NCBI GenBank assembly: GCA_964016885.1
Contig: OZ024747.1
Location: 36,456,001-36,520,000, forward strand
Direction of reading: 5' to 3'
DNA: 64,000 nt
DNA from: Eledone cirrhosa
Lineage: Eukaryota
The notes under the pieces are model-generated. The model was not told the DNA's origin and searched no databases. It worked only from the letters and a program-made list of their open reading frames with translations. The position numbers and the translations under genes are program-made. The number at the start of each line of letters is the position of its first letter. Position 1 is the first letter of the stretch. Shown here piece by piece: positions 56,291 to 64,000 of this stretch.

Positions 56291-58039
56291 TCCTATATCC
56301 AAAAGCTTTATACTGAATATGATTTTAGCTTTCGTATCGGCTGTATCCATATTATCATTAAGTTTTCGACAGCTCTATCGTTGGCTCTCAAACACGTTTA
56401 ATACACATTGATTACCTGAGATACATTTAGCTATATATTTTGGATGTCTATACATTGTTGATGTTTTGTCGAGTATTTCTCTTTATATGTTAACGTCATA
56501 GTTGTTTATCGTGCAATAAGATTAAACTGAAGAGCTGAACATGTCAACTTTGTCAGGTGTGCCTTTCAACCACTCTTGGCGACCTCCATATGATTCGGTA
56601 AAAGCTATAACCAGGGGGTTCCGGCAGTTTATGATCAAAATGTCTAATTTATGTAATTAGTCCGTTGTCAAATTTTAAAATATGTCCGATCTATGCATAG
56701 TACTTAAGGATATTATCTTCGGGTCATATCCTAATATTTTTTAGATGAAGAAACAACAGAAATTGTGTGGTTTTATTTAAGTGCCAAACGATATGGTGGG
56801 ATTCATTTTCAGGTCAAAAAGAAGGAGGTATGCGTATTATACAATATAATAACGATCGTTGCAATGTATTATGATTTTTCTGGAGAATGAATGGGATGGA
56901 ACAAAACATTTATAATATGTTTTGAAACGAGTTTTAGGAAAATATATTACATATGCGATTTTAAATATTTTTTCTATATTTTAGACTGAAAGAATATATT
57001 ACTGAATTTTAGTTTTTTCCTATTATATTCAAGCAGTTATTAATTGCTTAGTACTTAATATATTGATGGTTAAAACATGAAATATCAAGACGGGCGTAGG
57101 GGATCCAAAGTCAGAACGTAAAATTCTGTAACTAACATACAGCAAGAGTTTTAGACTAATGGTGTGTCCTTTCTAAAAACCCTAAATTAGTTTAATTGAT
57201 TTCGAAATTGAGTTGACATAGTTTGCGTACTTTGTTATAACTGCCAATAATTCTCACATTATGATTAAATACAATGCAGACTGTTGTAAAATCATACTTA
57301 CATTTCATTAGGCATAAAATCAACTTTCATTGAGCAGATGAGGATCCATTTCAAGTAACCATTCGAGTATATAATTATGCTGACGACGTCACCCAAGGAA
57401 TCCAAGCTGATCTGAATTATGAACGAAGAAAGACTAAAGCAAAGTGTGTTAAGAAATTTCATTAATTCTACTGCAATTTTTTCCAGTTACTTGTTCAATT
57501 ACCGAGTTTCTCCTCGGTAATTGAATATAATAAGCTCAACCGATCGAGGTCAGGGCTTATCAAAGAGGAAAGGTTCAGAAAAAAAAACTTGTAAGAGATG
57601 AACATGACATAGAAGAAACAAAAAGAACATATATATAAAGTGAAACTAAAAAATTGTGGGGTAGAAGTGAGCTAATAGCACTGAAATAAAACTACGCTGA
57701 AAATAGGTAATGAAAATACATTCGAGGTAGGATAAGTACAAGTAAAATATTCAAGGTAACTGAAATTAAAAGTAATAATGAGATTGTGTTTTATGATTTT
57801 TCAAATTTTTATCCATTCATAATTTATTTTCAATAATTATTATTTCGTTGCTATACACACACCCACACACATATATATATACTTTTTATATATATACTTC
57901 TCTGTTAGTTCAATATTATTGTTTGTATTAAAACTCGTGTTGTATACACTGAATGCTAATTACATTTTCTCAGCATTTGAAAGCATTTTGGTAATTTAAA
58001 GTGTCGCTATTTCCCTTTCAACGTGCTGAATGTAACAAT

Positions 58040-58326
58040 GTGATTACAATTCAGGGATAAATGTATATACAAAAATATACAGGCACGTAAAACATACTCG
58101 AGAAACAATCCCATCCGCAACAATCAGCTGCTTACAAAATTCGACTCCGGCACATCAAAATAAAAAAATACATCACTTCGAAAATCTCATCGTTCCGGAA
58201 ACTCCTCCGTAAATCCAAGACAAATCACAACTACCACAATACTGGCCAGAAATACGGGAACCTTGCTGATCAAGGAGACCCTATTAATAAAGCACCTAAA
58301 ACCCTCCATTAATAATAAAACTGAAC
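58040..58326 (+). mobile_element. Decayed Penelope-type GIY-YIG C-terminal fragment
   Basis: LLIKETLLIKHLKPSINNK resembles the L.I.E.L.I...KP.LN end of PLE endonucleases. Confidence 0.55.
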
Positions 58327-58334
58327 AGATAGAG

Positions 58335-59317
58335 TACCAATGGCTCATTCCATCCGGTCTTCTTAGCAAAAGGAACCCCACCACCCGCTCAGTAATACGT
58401 GGGAAAAGAAGTACAAAAGAATATATATGGCTCCTTAACTGTTTTATCATCGCGGTGGACTATTGTATGCGCCTTGCGCTTGAGAAACACCAGAACTCTT
58501 GCTTTACTGAAGCACTGGCTCAGAACAGGAGAGTTAAGGCGAAAGAATAATCAGATGCTGAATTTGCTGACGACATACTTCTAGTGACAAACTCAGTGAA
58601 GGAGGCAGAGGAGTTGATGCAGGAGGTGGAGACTATGTCGATGAGTGTGGGGCTGAGTGTATGAGATTAAGACGAAGTAACAGGTAGAGAATATTAAGAA
58701 GCCAGAGAAGATTATGATTGTAGGCGGGAAGCCGCTAGAATTGGTTGAGGACTTCCGGTATCTGGAAGCAAAGATTGGGAACACAGAGAGTTGCTGTGGT
58801 TGAGGGGAAGAGCAAAGCCTGGGTGGCGTGCTAGAGTTTAAGATCGGTATGGAAGTTGGACCTTTGTAAAGACCTGAAAATCCGTTTCTTCGTTGCTACA
58901 GGGGAGTCTGTGCTACTGTACGGGTCTTAATCTTGGACACTGAGCAAGAAACTCACTCAGATGGTGGATAGGTGTTATACGAGAATGCTGAGGATGTCTC
59001 TGAACATTAATCAGTATACACTGAGAATAAAGAACCCAGAGCTGTACGGGAGCCTCCCAAATGCCAGCTCGAAATGAATACAGAGGAGATTCAGGTTAGC
59101 TAGACATGCTCACCGAATTTGAGAGTTGACACTGCACTCAGTTATCCTGTGGGAGCCCCTGCATGGACACACTAGAAGAGTGAGACCGATTTGACATATG
59201 TTGATGCCCTCAGGACAGTCACAGGTCTCTTGGAGACGCAGAACATGGCAGCGATGATAAGGGACAGAGACCGCTGGAGAGAACTCGTCCATGGATCTCG
59301 GGAATTTCACCCACCCT
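58335..59317 (+). mobile_element. Non-LTR retrotransposon RT 3' fragment (RTE group), degenerate
   Basis: Broken frames FIIAVDYCMR, EFADDILLV, VEDFRYL, LKIRFFVATGESVLLYGS*SWTL, CYTRMLR, ELYGSLP, VILWEPLHG; ends at (TA)n. Confidence 0.85.
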
Positions 59318-59349
59318 ATATATATATATATATATATACATATGATTAT

Positions 59350-59640
59350 ATATTAAAATAACAGATTAAAGTTTATACAAAGAATCGCCTCGTTCACCCT
59401 TAGCAGGATCTTCTGAAATAATATATATATTATCTGATGAGAGCGTACCAAAGTTATTTGGTACCCTTGAAATATATATAATAAAATAAATATGTTTTTA
59501 TAAATATAGTTTCCATTTATTAATATCATTGATATTATACTCCAGGAAACTTTCGAGCGCTTCGAATCTATTATAAATAAATTTGTTGAATTACCAGCAA
59601 ATTAAATATCTCTTTGCTTATATATATTTATATATATATT
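59350..59640. mobile_element. Back-to-back pLTR fragments from two HHR families
   Basis: 59350-59420 (-) matches the CAGAAGA family of 36176-37197. 59428-59630 (+) matches the 22356 family, with intact CTGATGA..GAAA-TATATATA at 59428-59488. Confidence 0.8.
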
Positions 59641-59680
59641 TGTTCATATATACTACGTCACGGTATCAATACATATTATA

Positions 59681-59876
59681 TAAGGGCCGTGAATTGGCAG
59701 TATCGGTAGAGGGTCGGACGCCATGCTTTGCAGCAAAGAGTTACGGCCCTTTATGGCCTGAGTTCAAATCCCGCCGAGGTTAATTTTGCCTTTTATCCTT
59801 ACGAGGTCGATAAAATAATGTACCAGTAATGCACTGGGATAATTGTCGGCCTTGTGCCAAAAGAAGAAATAATTAT
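59681..59876 (+). mobile_element. Deu/Nin-domain SINE, near full length
   Basis: tggcagtatcgg (A-box-like), gagttcaaatccc (B-box), gccttttatccttacgaggtcgataaaataatgtaccag. Confidence 0.88.
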
Positions 59877-61668
59877 ATATATATATACGCGTATGTCTGT
59901 CTGTCTGTCTATCTCTCTGTTTGTGCGTAGGTTTTTTTTTATATGATATGTTCAACTGGGAGGATTTGCATTGTGCCATTTTATTTTTAGCCTCCGTTTT
60001 ATGTAGGACGTAGGGAAATTTCATATTGCTTTTTTGCCTTTGTGTAATAGTCAGTATGATATATTCAATACCTATGCAGTAGTGGTAGAATAATACGTAA
60101 CTACATGGCATAAATTCAGTGAGCATCTTCAAAATATATTTGCAAGACAACGAAAATAAAAATGTTGCAGTTTCCGATATAGATTTGTGTGTGTTACTTT
60201 GTGTGAATAAAGCATTGAATACTGGCTCCCGTGCGGCTTTAATGTTAAGACATGGTCACTGATAGCTATTCTAAATAACCTTGAATAACATTACACTTAT
60301 TCAAACTATTATTGCTTCTGTAACATCTGAGAGGGATAAATAATTCAATAGAATCTATTGTCTTCTACTTATAAATTTCCTTTGATACATATTCGCCTGA
60401 TATCGATTGATATCACTTATTAATGAGAGAATACGTGGTGTATATTTTATTTTACGGAAAATTATAATAAACACTCATGTAGATAATATATATTTACATG
60501 TAATATTATGTGCGTATGCGCATGAGTATGTACCATTTCTGTATATATACACATATATATATATATATATATATGTGTGTCTGTGTGTCTATGTATATAT
60601 ATATATATATGTGTGTGTATGTGTGTGTGTGGACTAAGAGGAAAGATTAGGTAAGTTTTATCTGACTATTCCTCATAAGGGAGTATCGAGAGCATTCATG
60701 TTCTTTCTTTAAAATTACATTTTAAACTTAGCTCCGTTTAAAAGATTATTTATCTAGTTACTGACTAAGAAGAAAAAATTGGAAATATTTTGTCTGATTA
60801 TTTTTCAAATTTATAATATTATATAGTTCTGATTAATTATTATTTATTTAATACATTCACTCATCGAGCCACACTGTTAAAGGCAGCCTACACTCATATA
60901 TGTATCATGTTTAAATATATGTCCTCTAAGAGGTGGTACCATACTCCCTTACGGTTGAGTAAACCTTAGGCGGTAACTAACTGCTTATTCTAGCATTGAA
61001 ATTACTCGCCAGCGACCTACCCTTCACAACAATTCTCTCTTGACTGCTAGCCACTGCAAGCCCTTTTGAATTCGTTTACTAACGGTGATTAATTATGAAA
61101 TTTCGATCCTAACTGAGGGATGCTCTGGAGAACGTTGGTGCCTCGTGGATAATTCAACGATTAGATATTTCCACAAAGTACGAGCGAAACTATCGATAGT
61201 CGGGTCTAGAAGAGTTTTTGGTAACGTTTATCTATTTTTTTCTTCAAACTTACATTTAAAACTTAGTATAAATGACTACGTGGAGTCGGTAACGGTCATT
61301 CCTTAAATTGGCACTCGAACTAAAACCTGTTGAAAAAGTGGCTTCTTTCTTCAAACATCTTACCAGAAGCCTAACATTATTTGTGTAAGCGGACAGTACT
61401 TGATTTAGGAGTCGCAGAAACCCAAATGCTGGATTTTACCAACCATCCAGGGGTCCGGGTAAATTTTCAATCACATATATTTTTATTTGTTTGACCCGAA
61501 TTACTTGGTCGTTTTTATGGCTATGCGGATTATTGTTTAACCATCGTCTCAGTGTGTTTGGCCTTTAACGTATGTAGCAGTTCTGGTTCATCTGAATCAT
61601 TGAGCGCTTCCCACACATCTCGGAAGTTGTTTTTCGTTAATTCCTAAGCCGAAATATGATTCTCGCTA

Positions 61669-61715
<47 letters not shown>

Positions 61716-61726
<11 letters not shown>

Positions 61727-61880
61727 GCCAATTTCTGTCCGTGTAACTATGTATCTGTGTATTTGTATATATGTGTATAATCAGTTGGCGCCTACACTAG
61801 TGATTCAATCATAATGAAACTTTACACACACGTTAAGCTAATATTCAGCAACAGGAATGTCTAAATGGATTTCAATAAAA
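61716..61880 (+). mobile_element. Possible Helitron-like 5' terminus
   Basis: (TA)n-TAAATGC..TCTGTCCGTG..TGT-rich..AATCATAATGAAACTTT resembles invertebrate Helitron 5' ends. Confidence 0.4.
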
Positions 61881-62415
61881 TATTAATACTGGAACTCCTG
61901 GCGACATCTTTACACTGGAGCAGGAAAGAGAAGACGTTTCAGTGAGAGATGGGGAAGAGGATTTACTACTACTCTATGTTAAACCCTCCCTCCCACTACT
62001 CCGGTTCCTCCTCCCACAACTCAGTCCTCTGAAAGGAGGCAACAACTTATTAGAAATATAAAATGTGCGTTCTTGATTATTGTCTATTCTCTAGAGAAAA
62101 AGAGAGAGGGTATGAGAGAGAGAGAAAGTGGGAGAGAGTATGTGAAGAAAGGGAGAGAGGGTTTGAGAAAGAAAAAAATAAAGAGAGTAAGGAGTATTGG
62201 GGAGGGAAGACAATAATAGCAGCGTTCGATAACTTTAACTTTTTATTTATTTATTATTTTCACACTGTTTCCACAACCATACGTCCCTCTCTCTCTCTCT
62301 CTCTCTCTTTCGCACAATATGTACTGTGACTCTGGGTGTGTGTGTGTGTGTTGTTATGTGCGGGGAAGTTACAATGTCCGCACCCTCACACACACACAAA
62401 CACGCATAGCGCAAC

Positions 62416-63385
62416 CGAACTACACTGATGTCCTGTAATTCAGCGCCGAAACATCGGTTCGGCAAACATTTTCAGCTGACGATGGAAACTACTTTCTTCC
62501 TTTCTCCTCCTGTTCCGTCCTAACCACCATCCTAAACCTTGTTTTTAGTAACCACAAAGCTCCATTTGTTTTATAATTTTTTACCGCTGTGACCCTACCT
62601 GCTTTGTTCGATCTGTGTTCCCTCCACACTTTCGCATCGTCCCTCCCTTCTCTCTTCAATTCTCCTCCTCACTCTCGTTTTTTTTCTCTCTCCCTCTCTC
62701 TCTCTCTATCCATCCGTTCAGTTTCGATTGTTGACATGTTAACACGTGCCGTGGTGGCCTCTCTGTCCGCAATCTTTGCCTCACGTTTTTACCACCGTCG
62801 TAAAAAACCCTTCTCGATTATCTCCCTTTCACTTCTCCTCACTTTTGGTTACCCGTGTCTCTCTCTCACTTTCTCCTGTCTATGTGAGAGGCAGCACGAT
62901 TATACCAGCTCTGAGTCGTAGCTGACCACCAGGCTAAAGTCTCCCAGGTTGGCCACAACTTACTTTCCCTATTTTTACACGGTTACCTTTTTGCATTTTT
63001 CTTTCACCTGTCTTCCCATGATGGGACCTGTACACTTTTTTCTCCTATCCCTTTCCTATTTTTTCCCTCTTTCCCCTTTCTTCCTCTCTCCTCATCTCCC
63101 CCCCCCCCTGTTCCTCCTCCTTTCCCTCTTTTTGCTTTTCTCTCTCCTTTTTATCCACTTTTTTCTCTCTCCTTTTCCACCTGGCCTTTTGATTAATAAA
63201 AGGCCTCGGGCACACCCGAACTACACCGATTTCGTGTAATTCAGCGCCGAAACATCGGTTCGGGAAACATTTACAGCTGACGATGGAAACTCCCTTCTTC
63301 CTTTCTCCTCCTGTTCCGCCCTAAACAACATGCTAAAAAACCTTGTTTTTAGTAACCACACAGCTCCTTTCATTTCATAACTTTT
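62416..63385. repeat. ~165-bp direct repeats flanking a pyrimidine-rich ~640-bp core
   Basis: cgaactacac..gtaattcagcgccgaaacatcggttcgg..cagctgacgatggaaact..ccttgtttttagtaaccaca at ~62416-62581 and ~63218-63385. Confidence 0.85.
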
Positions 63386-63389
63386 TGTG

Positions 63390-63451
<62 letters not shown>

Positions 63452-63465
<14 letters not shown>

Positions 63466-63900
63466 TGAGGGTGGGTTTGTATGTAAGTCCGTACCCACAT
63501 AACTTCCACAGTTTGCACCGATTTTCTTCAGATTTGGAACAGACATGCATTATTTTCCCAGAAGTGTTGTGGACTCATTAAATTTTCAAGTTTTCATATA
63601 ATGCAGACACTAGGTAGACGAAATCTGTCTCTGGGCCAGCGTGACAATCATGTCACATGTACGAAATTTAAATAATTGTTGGTTAATATTTTACTCATCT
63701 TAGTGTGTTACGTCCCCTTTTCTTAGATAATGCCTTCAAGGAAGAGATCCGCCATTCGTCGAAAAACGGTGAAAGCTGTGAGAGGAAAAAGCAAAAAAAG
63801 CAAATGAATCGTCAATGGAGGCTGCAATTAAACGATCGCAAGATGCTGAACGTAAATCTACTACAAGAGCGTTAGAAAATTACGAGCAGCGTTGTATTTA
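63452..63900 (+). mobile_element. Helitron-like 5' end with start of a Rep/Hel ORF
   Basis: TATATATAAAA..TTTGTATGT..ACCGATTTTCTTCAGATTTGG, then MPSRKRSAIRRKT..(frameshift)ANES..RSQDAERKSTTRALE at ~63730-63895, like basic repetitive Helitron N-termini. Confidence 0.55.
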
Positions 63901-64000
63901 AGACATGGGTTACTTATGTACTCCGGATGGTCATGGGCACTTTCATTGCACCAGATATTGATTATAGGGCCCCGGGGGCAGATAACCCCTTTAACCCGTT

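Overview
AT-rich, microsatellite-dense animal intergenic or intronic DNA. An octopus/cephalopod origin is inferred from the (TA)n/(CA)n load, the Deu/Nin-domain SINEs and the TE spectrum. No host protein-coding gene can be supported, and almost all short ORFs in the track are microsatellite artefacts. The window is dominated by retroelements: (i) several Penelope-like elements (PLEs; RT plus C-terminal GIY-YIG), including an ~11.2 kb fold-back insertion (41735-52922) whose two arms together contain a nearly complete ORF, a 4.1 kb fold-back (37321-41447), an old Neptune-like inverted pair and degraded copies; (ii) a series of short non-coding palindromic elements inserted in (TA)n; (iii) about 20 type-I hammerhead ribozyme (HHR) motifs read by eye, mostly as outward-facing pairs in the arms of these fold-backs, including a non-canonical CAGAAGA-core variant and one with a very large stem-II insert; (iv) a 5'-truncated R4/Dong LINE abutting a (TAA)n array; (v) RTE-group LINE fragments, tRNA-derived SINEs with TSDs and Helitron-like 5' ends. 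The most interesting signal is the shared architecture of the fold-back HHR elements: one arm ends ~45-55 nt after the predicted cleavage site, the other carries a ~90-130 nt longer tail with a recurrent TCGAGTGCT motif, and one family reuses the same hairpin apex. All RNA structures were paired by eye and have not been computed or tested.
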